From the human T2T-CHM13v2.0 reference genome, Homo sapiens, in assembly GCF_009914755.1 (NCBI RefSeq), contig NC_060928.1: a stretch of DNA of 64,000 bases; one strand, given 5' to 3'. The position numbers were made by a program, and so were the translations under genes. Below are positions 29,221 through 42,389 of the stretch, in pieces. The first letter of the stretch is position 1; every line of letters starts with the position of its first letter. A model generated the notes under the pieces. The model had not been told where the DNA came from and did not search any database. It saw only the letters and a program-made list of their open reading frames with translations.

Positions 29221-32200
29221 ATTGCTCTCTGTATTTTTTAACCCCAATGACTGCATTCGCTGCAATGTCTGTTCCTGTCGTGGAGCTGGGCTGTGGCTTT
29301 CTCACAGACATTGCCTGTCTTAGGTCATGGCAAAAGAATGTGGCCCAGGGCTGCAGGCAGTAATGGCTAATAGCACTGAGCAGAAAGAACTCAGGTGGGA
29401 TCGGAGCAGCACTAGTTTTATTAATTTTTCCACCTTTGAGATGAGAAACCTATCCTAAAACCTCAAGTCTCCTGATTCTCAGCCCATTTCCTTTTGGAAC
29501 CCACCCATTACCTCCACAGTCCCACCCATTGCCCGAGCCCATGGGATCATTCCACACCTACTCCCAGTTTCATCTGGCTTCATGGCCACCATGCAGAAAT
29601 TATTTGTCTGCCCACCCCGTAACTTCCACCCTGAAAGTACTGAGGTTTCTGAAGTGCCCTGGGGCAGGTGAGAAGGGGTGGGGGCAGAGGTGAGGGGACA
29701 AAAGATGGGCTGTTATTTAAGCAGAACAGAGGTCTCAAGTCCAGGGGATCAGCTAGCAGCATGATCAGAAAGCAAATTGGGACTGGAGATCAAAGGGCGT
29801 GAAGCAGGGGCAGGAGTGGAGAGACATGTCTGGAGCTGTGTCCTCCAGCTGCGGTTCTCCTCTGTCTTCAAGCCCAAACCCTCCCAGGCAACTGCCCATT
29901 GTGCCAAGCAGTGGCAGCAGGTTTCAATCTAGTAATCTCTTTTCTTGGTCTGGAATTGCTTCTGGAGCCCAAGGGAGGATAAGGACCAGTCAGCATTTTC
30001 TACCAGATACAAATGTTTCTCTCATTTACCTCTTTGTGCAGAAAGCCTGACCTCCTCAGAAATGTCAGCCAGAAAAATCCACACTCTTCATAATCCTACA
30101 ATTTCCCACTAATCAGATGTCTAGACAAGAACGGTCTCTGCCCCCTTTCCTGTTTGCAAATCTGCCTCGACAAGTTGTATCCTCCTGACAATACCGTTAA
30201 AATGTTCTTTATTTGCTCCGTGGGCCTTCTGAGACTTGGTTGCTGGAAATGCTATCAGTTCCTGGACCAATGCAATTCTCTTGAAATCGCGCTTTGATAT
30301 TCCTCTGGTTAAATTTCATTCTCATGAGAGGAGCTCTGTTAACAAGGCAATTAGTACAGCTTTGAATATAAGTAGAGTACTGTGGTGTTTGCTGCCAGAT
30401 GGCCCATGAGCCAAACTTGATTCAGGGTTACCGTGACTTTGGAGAGAAAGCTATTCTCACTGTAGCTTGAACTCATTTAGAGAACACAACGTGCTTCTTT
30501 AATTTGGTAAGAAAACTGTGGTGACCGGTTTCAATTTCTATCCATCCATTAGAGATCTGGAGAAGCTATCATTTGATTTCTCCTCCTTGGTATGCTACCC
30601 ATATCTAACAAGGATAGCAAAATCACATAATGGAGGCTTAAAGCTAATTTATATAGAGTACATTGTTTAAAACTTAGCAATAAGATAATGAGGATCAAAG
30701 GCTGTCGGAGAATGAAATTCCCAGCTTCTTCATCAAGTAGCTGGGGAACAGGGCACTGGGTTAAGGGATGGACCACCCTCACCTTCCCACAAAATCCCAC
30801 CCAAACCACTTCTTACTTGGCATCACTGGGGACCACACTGGCAATCACTGAGCCAGGGATGGTGCCACCCTCAGGGTCGAGGGTGGCTGCAAGTACTCCC
30901 TTCCACATTGAGAAAAAATAGTGACTTCATTCTTTAAAAGCAGTACATGCATATGGTATTGGATTTTTGGAACCTCTCTACTTCGGTTCAGATGCTAGAA
31001 GTATAAGCTCTGCACCTCAGTTTTCTCATCTACAGAATGGTCATCCTAATAGTTCCTACCTCTTAGGTGTGTTGAGGATTAAATGAGTCTATAAATGTGA
31101 AGTTATTAATGTGAAGCAATACCGGGTATGTAATATGTGCTAAACCAGTGTTAGCTATAATAAAGATATTTTTTAAGTTTTAAAATTCAAACATTATAAA
31201 TGGGTATCCAGTGAAAAGTAAATGTTCTTTTTACCTCTGATCTACAGGCCCCTCATTTTCCTCCCCAAAAACAACCACTGTCACCAGTTTATTATGTATC
31301 ACTCTAGAGATATTCAAAGTATATTTATTTATAGATATAGCTACTGAAATAGATAAACAAATGGAGAAAAAAGATAGATACAGATAACTCCCAATTTAAA
31401 ACAACAACAGTAAATATTATACCCTGGCCTGCATTTTAAAAAATTTACATTGAAAAAAATGTGCTGTAAATAAAACATATTTACAATAAAAAGATTGTTC
31501 CTTATCAGTCCCTACAGATTCAGCCAATCTTCTCACCAGCTGTACAACACCCCCTTCATCTGGATGTGCACGTGGAGTGATTCATTTAGCCAGACCCCTG
31601 CCGATGGGCAATTAGGGGGTTTTTCACTCCCTTTCCTTTGATCACTCTGGCCCTTCCCCCTTCCTTTCCTTCATTGCAGCTAAGTGGGAGAGGCCTTCAT
31701 GAGTCTCTTCATGAGGGCGTTGATACAGATCCTCGTGTCTTCTAAAATGATCAGGGCCAAAGTTATTTACAGAAGTGACCGGGCAGCTTCTAGCAGAGGG
31801 TTCAATTTCCAGCCTACTGCCCGTACTATCCATAAGAGAGGAATTCAGAGCACCTGGGTCTTGCCAGACTTACAAAAGTTTATCAAGTTTTAAAATGTCT
31901 TTAAAATATCTTCAGATTATTTTTCAGAAGCCATGTCACGAAGATATAGAATCGATGTGTATATAATTGTAAATTACATACAGATTATAATCTGCAGGTG
32001 TATTTGCATACCGACCTTGTTTTTCCAGTCTTTGGGAAGTCAAAGAACAAGTCATTATACTTGCACAGCCACTTATCTCAGTTTTTGATTTTTTTAAGTT
32101 GCTTTAAAAGAGCACTTAATTTTAGTACTGCAATAATGATGGCTCTGGAAAATAGTCTCCCTCCACACCCAACAGGCTTTGAAATACAGGAATTTCAGGT

Positions 32201-35200
32201 ATAAATAACAATTGGCATGTTACAGTATTGTCCAAAGATTCAATAACAAGTCATGAAAAAAAAATGTTATGTCTCGATTTCTTTCTAGAACAGGAAACAT
32301 CTTTTTTTTTTTTCTGAAAGCTAAGCCCTGAAGCAAAATTTTGAATGTTGGTAAATTTGTCTGAAATAATCAAAAGGTCATCTGGGAGGTAGCTCTGTAA
32401 CAATCAAAGGTCAAGGTTTTTGGCCAGATGGGTCTGCATCTGAACCCCAGCTGGCTGGGCTGCTCCATCATTTTTTATGTGGAACCTGGGCTATGGGAGC
32501 CCCAGAAACCTCAGCGACCTCATTTTTGAAATGGGACTAAGGTCTACCATGAAGATCAAGTGAGGACTGAAAAGCACTGTGAATGGGCCTGGCCCGTAAC
32601 AACATCCTGTGTTCATCACTCAAAGTACCTGACGTTACTCTGTTTCTAAGCCCTTGGAAGCACGTGGATGAGAGAAAAGAGACTGGCTGCCTTGCTTGTT
32701 TCCTTTTTAATTCTGTCTTAGTAGAATGGGAGTGAGGGAGCCAGTCCCCGACCTCACAAAGGGCCAGTGTCTGTGGGCTCGGTGATGTCTGGCAGGCCCA
32801 TTAGTCTGAAATGGGACCCTGCCAAGTTTTCATATGGTTTTCATATCACCAGGCTTGTTTTGACTTCTGCGAGCTTTCTTGCCACAATCCCTCTAGAAGC
32901 AAGGAAGTGCAGGTGATATGAAGCAAGGCTGCCTGCGCAGAGGCAACCAACGGTACAAAGACAGAAACACCTCCAGGGCCTTGCGGAATCCCTGAGAACT
33001 GTCTTCCCCAGTGACTGTCTTCCCCACTGACTGTCTCCTCACTCCCCTTCCAAGTCTCCCAGCCTCTGGCATGCGTCGGCCTCTGAAGGACTCTGTCCGG
33101 TCTGCTCTTTCTTCCCAGAGGAGGATGGGCAGTAGAATTGGCAGACGAACAAAAGCCATTAGCAGCGTCTGGTCTGGCGGAGGCACAGCATTTGGGGCAG
33201 TCCTGGGCTCCACCGGTCCGACGTGGGCTGGGCTGTCCATCAGCTGCCTTTTGACAATTGCACCCCAGGTCCCTTCCAGCTTGGGCAACTGGTTGTCCAG
33301 AAATAAAGTTGGGTTAAATTAGGCTCTTCCTAGGTGCTATGTAAATGGAGTGGGCTCTTGATGTCGCTTGTGGGTCCTTTGTGGCAACAATAATAATGAT
33401 AATAACTAATTCACAAATATTTATTGAGCTCCAACTATATGCCTGGCATTGTACAAGTCCTGAACAAAACAAATAAAAACAGCCAAGGCTTGCTGTATTG
33501 ACACTGTTGCAAAGAACTTTTCAGGTATTATTTTAATTAATCTGCTCATTATCCTTGTGAAATGGGTATTGCAATTACTCTTCTTCTTCAGATGAGGAAA
33601 CTGAGTCTCAGAAAGATTAAGCAACTTGCCCCAAATAACATCACTAGAAAGGGGGCCACAGGTAAGGTGGTGGGCAGGAAAATGAAGCCAGGACCCTGAC
33701 AACATTGTGCAGCTTTTGTGACTGTCTACCAGGGGCAGCCTGCAGCCTGAGAGTGCTCCTCTAAGACTTCGGTTCCAAGCTGCTGCATCTAACCTTAACT
33801 GATGCACTGTAAAGACCTTTCCAGCTGGGAAATCCTGACTCTGTAAACACAATGTCCTGCTTGCCTCTCAGCCCTTTGTGCTCTAACCTTTACAGCTTTC
33901 ACTTCCGCCTCAAACTGGGGGCTTTCTCCAGGCTAAACAAAGGAGAGGGGTTCTCAGCCCCAGAGCAGGAGAGCCAGGCTTCCCTGCTCTTGCGACCACT
34001 AACTACTAAGTCTTCCTCTTGTTTTGAGACTAAGCTGCCATTCCCACCACACCCCCTCCTTCCAACCCTCCTCCCCCAAGGCCCTGTCTTGCTTCTCTGT
34101 CTGCTGCTGAGTTCCTCTTGAACATGGCTCCAGCTTGGAGTTTGCTAATAGGGATAGGAGGGAAGGAGAGAGGTTTGGAAACTCTGGGGGATCCTATTGT
34201 CTGCTACATGGAGAAAAGCTTCCAATGAATGGCTCAAACCGGTCAGTTTTGTGGGAGATGGGAGGATAACACTTTTGCGTTTTCAGGCCTTAGGTCTGTT
34301 ATCTAAATTCAAGGAAGTGGGAGAGCATAATCTCTTTGACCTTCATTTTCTACTCCAGACACTGCATCTTTATCATAATCCAGATGTGACTAAAGCTGCA
34401 TCTCCTCCTTAATCTCAGTTTCAAACATCCCTCATGCCCCACATCTTCTACTCCCCTAGCTGGCTTCCTCTAGTTGCTCAACAGAAACCATTCTTTGGCC
34501 CTAGTGGGTAGAAGGTCCCATTAAGTTTACTGCCCTCATCTCCCTCCTTTCCTCATTTCTCCAGCTGAGTGTCCACTATCCATGTCTAGAGTCACTTCTT
34601 TGCAAAGACCCTCAGCCTCTTTACCTCTCTCTCTTCGTTTATTATCCTGGCAGAACACAATCTAGTCAAATCCTATTCTGTGCCTGCATGCAGGCCAAAT
34701 GACAAGACCTGAGAAAAATACTCAGCCATGCTGGCTAGTCTCATTTTATGTTCCTGACCACCAATCTCAAGTCGGTCTTGAGTTTGCCCAATAATCCTAC
34801 CATGTATCCCTCGTTTATTTACGTCCTTCTACCCCACCCTGTGACTGTTTCACACTTTTTCCTCCTTCCTCAACTCCACAACACCTCCTTCCCCATCACC
34901 ATCTCAGCTGCTGCCCTTGCTTTCTGCTTCACTGAGAGGATGAAACAGTCAGGGGAGAACTTCCGCACTCTCTCCCCATTCGCATCCACCCTCCTTCCGG
35001 CTTCAGCATCCACATTCTGACTTCCTCCTGAAAGGGGCAGTGCCAGGGGCAGTGCCAGCTGCATCAGAGCTAAATGTTTTCCTGAAACTGTCAACAACCT
35101 TCCACTTCCTCTATTTCATTGGCCAGGACTGTGTTATAATTGTCCTCACTATGATAGAGATTGGGAAATGAGAATTTACCTTTCTTTGCTTCTGTAACAG

Positions 35201-35873
35201 AATCTGTAAAGGCCCAGGAGTTGGGATTGGCTGTTGGATTAGACAGGTAATCCTGTCTGCCACAAATAGTCTTATTCCCTAAGACTCATTCATGGCAGCA
35301 AGGTGGTTTCCTGTATTTAGTACATTCTTTCTCCTGAAGGTTCCCTGCCTCATCAAAGTGTGGGGCCCTCACAGGCACTGTTGTCCTAAGTGAGGGAATG
35401 TTTTTCAGCTAAGCTAAGAAGGAGATAGCTATTCCAAGCCTTTTGACTTCCTAACTCTAAGTCTTAACCTTAATCAACACTTTATTAAATTGATCAGACT
35501 CAATTCACAACCAAAACATGAGTGTGTGGTTTATGTTTATATTCCTTTCTTCAGGATGTGTAGATAGTTTCTTTTCACTCCCTCAACTACTCATTTATGA
35601 TGGGAATTGAGATTGGTTTCTAAAAAAACAGAGGCAATGAAACTATACACTAAGCAATGATAAAAGAACAAAGGCTTAGCTAAAGGCCTAGCAATGAAGG
35701 TGTGAACGAGTCATACCAGAATATTCAAGATGAGGAATATGGATCCAGTTAAGCATCACTCTTAGGTCTGAGATTCCTGGGAATTGTAATGAATAGTGCA
35801 TGGTTGTCTTGTAGAATGAAAGGATGGTTTTATGAAGCATCGGCTTGGTTCATAAAATAAATAAGTAAGTTTT

Positions 35874-36155
<282 letters not shown>

Positions 36156-37449
36156 TAAAAAGTTAAGCTTTGGCACCTGTGTCTTGGTCAGCTCCTTCAT
36201 GTCATAATTGCCCGCTGGGAAGGGTCATGGCGATGCATGTATCTGCTGCTGTTGTGTAGAAATCAGTGAGTTGCAGAAGCTCCTCATTGGGGATGAGCTG
36301 GGAGATGACCAAAGGAAGCCCTATGAGCTATTTTGAACAATAGTGCGTGCTTACCAGGTATGAGGTGCTGGGAGAGGCAAACACCAAACACACCAGGGAC
36401 ACTGCATTTGTCACATATACCACTGTGGAGCTATTTCTTTTTATCTAGCTAGAAGATGATTTTCAAAAGCTCCTTCATAAGAATTCCTCTTACATCTCAT
36501 TGGCCACTTCTGTGGTGAGGCATGCTGGAAAAGGAAATATCTAACAATGGGAAATGGGATAGCTATGGTGGGCTTAGACCAATCATGATGCATTCTTTAG
36601 GGCTGAGCACATTTCTGACCAGAACAAAACAGAATGAGAAAACCAAAAAGAATTGGTTAGGAAGAAAGGATGGCTGGGGAAGGGGCTGGCTCCTGGAGGC
36701 CACCTACAGGGTCTGCCACAGAGGCTGTTTAGCGTTGTGGAGGGAAGGCAGGCTTTGGAGCTAAAAAGACCTGGGTTCAAATCCTAGTGCTACTGTTTTC
36801 CAGCCAGGCAACTGTGGCTAAACTCTCTAGTCTCTCTAGGACTCATTTTTCTTAACTCTAAAATGTAAGTGATATGAATGAATAATCTGTGTATTGCCTG
36901 GCACATAGTAGGGGCTCAGTAAACTGTAGCCATTATTATTAGTACTACTAATCCGTCAAGTCCTTTCTTGAAAGTTTTCACATCCTCACCACAGTCACCG
37001 AGGTGGGAAGTATATGGTAATTCCCATCTTGGCAAGAGGCTCGAACTTCAGAAAAGTTAGAACTAACCTAAGATCACATGGGAAGCTGGTGGCAGAGCTG
37101 GAACTCAGATGTGGAGGTGTGGATTTCCACCTTCCCCACCTTCTTCCTCCCCATGAAGTTTTGATCCTCCAGTGCATGTGGGCCAACCACTGGGGATGAA
37201 AACCCTTTTTAGAAATGCTTTCTGAATTCTATTTTTCTGTATCCCAGAGAGACACACTAAATGTGAGCAAGAGAAGCAGAAAGCTTCCGGAGGGCACCAG
37301 GGCAGCATAGCCTGGTCTGTGCAGGGCCCCTTCTATTTCAAAATGTGAGCCAGGGCCCCATACAAATCAATTAAGATCCCAGAAGAGATTGTTTATTTAC
37401 ACATGGAGGGGAGCGTAAATTGGAGCTCTGCTCTTTTACCTGTCTGGCA

Positions 37450-37962
37450 TTCATTTCTCATTAATAACCATCCTGTTCCCATTCCTAATCCAAGTGGTTC
37501 AGTGTGGCCGACCTCAACTTCTCTGCTCCAGGGCTGGGCATGTGGTCTAGGCTTGGCCAATCAGCAATTTCTATCCTCTTGGCCAGGACACTTGGTTCTG
37601 GAGTGGACCTGTGACCAAAGCCAGCCAACTCAGGCTCAACTCTGGAACTTTTGCCAGGAGTCAGGTCTTTTCTTTCAGCTGGGAGCTGCTAGCTGTAAGG
37701 TTGATATAAGCTTGGAGCTTCCAAGGACAACTGCCTGGCCAGAGACTGCTTAAGAATAAAGACAAGCAAGAGATGAGAAGCAGGCCTGAGACCTATGGAC
37801 CTGTGGAGATTGTGGGAGACTATAAAATCCAGCCATGCCTAAACCTACCGAATCCACCTTTAGATTTTCCCATTTAAAAAGCCTATACATTTTATTTTGA
37901 TCCTTAAGACAGCTTAAATTGGGGTTCTGCTATTTTTTTTCCAAGGAGTATCCTGACTAATT
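37450..37962 (+). mobile_element. Old MLT1 LTR
   Basis: TGGCCAATCAG...TGTGACCAAAGCCAGCCAA...ATCCAGCCATGCCT...TCCTGACTAAT. Confidence 0.5.
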
Positions 37963-39410
37963 TGCAAAGATTCTTTTCCCATCCTCCCTATAAATCTATT
38001 AATCTACATGATAAAATGAAAACCATTCCAGCCAGCGTTGTTACTCTTCTGCTACTTAACTGAGACAGGTCCTTCTTTCTTAGCTAAAGGCATCACGAAT
38101 TAGTTTTTAGCATCAAAGGATGACACCTTGTCTGACACTATCTGTAACAATAACCCAAAGATCGAGAGATTTAAGTTTGAGTGGGAGACAGTTATGAGAA
38201 GGGGGTCATTGCTGACTCTGCTTTTCTACAGAAATTTCATATTTTTAAGCAATTAGACATCTGTTGTAACATTATGGCCAGCTTAATACCAGATAAGCCA
38301 CCAATGTGACATTAGTATTGACTTCCTCAAAGCATTCTTGTGCCAGGCTTGTGACTATTAATGCATATTCAGTAAATCATGCAGCCAATGAGAAGGAAAA
38401 GTCAAAGTTTTGCAGAAATTAGGACAAGACAGTCCATAAATTTTTACTGACTTCACCTTTCTCACTCAAGTAAGTAGAGAGAAAGGTGTGATCACAGATT
38501 AGAAATTATTCCCCACTATTAACCTCCCAGAGGGAAGAAAGAAAGCCATTTATCCATCTATTCCATAGCACAGGCTTGAGAATTCTATTTCCAGCCATTT
38601 CAGATGTCCAGCCTGTCTCCTAAAGGTCTGACCTTTCATCACCAAAGGAAGGCAACTCACCCAGGGGCTTTGTAGAGGATACTTTATCAATCTAGCATCT
38701 GTCTTTAAATGCACTTTCATTTTCACCTCTCTTTCTATGGGAAAAGCTGCCTTCAGCTCTCCTTGAACCTATTCTAAATGTGAGGACTAGAATGGGTGGG
38801 CAGAAAGAGCTGGCCCAGGCCCTGGTGTCTGGCAGGATTTGTTTTGGGGCCTTGTGCACACATCTGTTGCTCTCCTTTCTGTGCTCTTTGAACTTCCAAC
38901 TTTGATTGGTTGGCTGCTTCCTGTTCTTGGACTCATCCCTGAACCTACATTCATCTGCATCTACAACAGTGCCTGGGGCATGTAGTAGGCATGCAATCTG
39001 GGCCATCCTGATGCATAGCTCCAAAAACACTGTTCGTATTTACTCTACATGGCACTCTAGCAATGCCCTTTATATACAAAACCGTATATGTGGGGCCCCC
39101 TGTGATTGGGTAACTGAATGACTGCACTCAACATATTTTGTTGATAGATAGATGAATGAATGAATGAATGAATGAGACCCTGGCTGGACATGCTTTGACT
39201 TCTTTCCTTGGGCGTTGAAGGTTCTCCTTTTCACTAAGTTCTAGCTTGCCTTTTCCTAACATGCATCTGACATACAGTTGGCACTTTGTAAATATTAACT
39301 AGATGACATCAGCCTCGTAATTAATTCTGTTCCCACGTCTACCTGCTTTCCACTTAGGTGATTTGACTGGTTATTCTAGCTTCTGAACAAGTTCTGCTTA
39401 AGGGCCCAAT

Positions 39411-39731
39411 TATTTTTTATTTATTTTTTCTTTTTTTTTTTTGGAAACCGGGTCTTGCTCTGTCACCCAGCCTGGAGTGCTGTGGTGTGTTCTCGGCGCA
39501 CTGCAACCTCTGCATTCTGAGCTCAAGCAATCTCCTTACTTCAGCCTCCGGAGTAGCTGGGAACACAGGTGCATGCCACCATGCCTGGCTAATTTTTTTT
39601 ATTTTTGGTAGAGACAGGGCTTTACTATGTCGCCCAGGCTGGTTGGTCTCAAACTCCTGAGCTCAAGCGATCTGTCCCCCTCAGCCTCCCAAAGTGCTGG
39701 GATTAAAGGTATGAGTCACCGTGTCCAGCCT
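39411..39731 (-). mobile_element. AluJ, minus strand
   Basis: PolyT, GGGTCTTGCTCTGTCACCCAG...CTCCTGAGCTCAAGCGATC. Confidence 0.87.
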
Positions 39732-41413
39732 CAAGCAGCCAATTTTTTATCTCATGGCTCTCACCATGCTCCTGCAGGTTCGTGGCTCCCTAGGGTTGGC
39801 CTTCACCCCCTCACCCCATCTCTCCTTTACTCTTCTTCATTCCGCATGCGACTTCTGCCCCTGGAACGTGAAGGCACTAGGGGGAGTGGTTATAGCTTGA
39901 TTTTCACAGAAAAACAAAGGTAAGAAAGGGACCATAGTTCAATGATTGACTTAAGTTGTGGCCTATTTTTGACAGTAGCCATAGTCACAATGTTTCAAAT
40001 GCTTTCGTTTTGGCAGGTTCTGGAGTGCACCTCTCCTGCCAATAGGCTCTAGCAGGGGTAGCGGGCTACTGTGAGAGTGGGGAAGCCTGGGGTCCCCCAC
40101 TCAGTTTGGGTACTAGCAAGTATCAAGACTAAAGCCTAAATGTCCTGCCTTTCAGCTTCCAAGTCCTTCCACAATCTGGTAACATCTTACTCATTCAATC
40201 TGAGTTCCCATTCCACCCTAATACAATTTCGTTGATCAGTGCAGCCTCTTCCGCTTCCTCCACAAGGCCACTTCCATTCCCCCTCAAATGTACCCTCTTA
40301 TCCAAATCTCATCCATCCTTCAAATTTCTGCCCAATTCCTCCAGCTCCTCCAAGAAGCTTCCTACAGCCACTCCAGCACTTATTCATCTTCCACTTTCTC
40401 CTTAGATACTATTGGACATTATTTTTATAGATTATAATATATCGTTCCCTCTTTCCTGTGTGGATCTTGCTTTCTCAGCAGACTATAAATTCCTTCAATG
40501 CAGGGATCATGCCAAAGTCTTTCAGTGACCTTCACGTTGAACTCACATGCACATGATGATTTAAACAAATAAACTTGACTGACCTGCATCATAGTTAAAC
40601 ACTTAGTATTTTTGAGGTATCTTTCCTGGGAAAATTTCATTATTTTAACATTTGAAACAATATCAGCTTTTCAACTTTTCAGCATCATGTTAATGAGGAC
40701 AATTGAATGTAAGCATGTTTGCTGAGGAAGTAGAATGAACTTTCTGTCCAAGATGGAAGTAGAATCCTTTCTTTGAGACCTCTGCTGGAGGCTGTTACGT
40801 ATACATAGTTGTCAGATTGGTAGGGCATACAAAATAATCAAAGGTTCTGTTGATCAATATAAACTCAAGTGGAGCTGTGGCATTTGTCAACAGCCACTAG
40901 TGTTCAGCAAATGTGCTCCTCGTCATTTAATGCTGGCCCTGTTTTGAAGCATTATTCCTTTTGTGAATGGGGCTAGCATTATGTAATAGGACAGAAGGTA
41001 GAAAAAGCAAAACATCAAGAAATAGACAAATGCCACTTTTCCTTTCTTAAGCACCTTGCAGAGCCTTTGCTTATGATTGGAGTTAAATTAAATTCTACTC
41101 CACAGATTCAATTTTGAGGGGCTTCTTTTTCAGGCCTTGGAACTTCTGGGTAAAATGAAGAGGTGTTTGATCGAATGCTTAAGTTAAATTCAATAAGTGA
41201 TGCTCTTCCCCCCTTTTCCATGGGGAAGAGGCTGAAAGTCTTGGTAGGGCGTTTGCTTTTCTGGGGAGCCAGTCCTAAAGTTTCTGTGCTCTGACTCTAC
41301 ATTGGCAGAGGTAACATCATGGTCAAATCACTGTTCTGTAGCTCTGATCCATGCAGCTCTAGGGGGAAATATATGAGAAGCCATTTTTAGCAACTACAGC
41401 CCCTATCACAATA

Positions 41414-41460
41414 CACACACACACACACACACACACACGCAAGCACATATGCACACACAT
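41414..41460. repeat. (CA)n microsatellite
   Basis: About 12 AC units plus a degenerate extension. Confidence 0.9.
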
Positions 41461-41639
41461 TCTTCGGACTCTGGTCTTCTGCTCTCTCTTCATCTTAGAA
41501 TTTCACATATTCCATTCCAAATACAAACCTCCTCTACCTGTGAGTCACAGAAAAGATAAAGAGGGGAGATAAAGGCTGAGAATAAAGGGGACTTTGCCCT
41601 GGGTAACTAGACAGTAGAGCCTACTGAGAAATGGGCAGC

Positions 41640-41875
41640 AGATTTAGAGTTGTGGGTCTCTGGAGCCAGGCTGTCTGGGTTCAAATTTTGCCTTTCCCAC
41701 TTTCTAAAGGTGTCATCTTGAGCAAACTGCCTAACTTTCCTGGGTGTGAATTCTATGTCTGTAAACAGCTGCCAACAGTACTGGCCTTGTCTCATGGGTG
41801 TGTCGTGACAATTAAAAGAGCCAATACATATGGAGCACTCAGAACAGTGCCTGGGACATGGTATGTGCTTAATTC
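41640..41875 (+). mobile_element. MIR
   Basis: TCTGGAGCCAGGCTGTCTGGGTTCAAAT...CTGTAAA...AGAACAGTGCCTGG. Other MIR relics are likely at ~21570-21760, 25370-25610, 30990-31160, 33480-33690, 36750-37110, 57840-57950, 58350-58500 and 59680-59830. Confidence 0.7.
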
Positions 41876-42021
41876 ATATTAGGGAAAGGGGTGTAAGTTC
41901 CTTAAGTAACAGTGCCTGGGACATGGTACATACTTAATTCATTGTAGGGAAAGGGGTATAAGTCCCTAAGGTCCAGGAGAAGATCCACATGAGACAGCAA
42001 ACAATAGAAAACCGTATCTGC

Positions 42022-42389
<368 letters not shown>

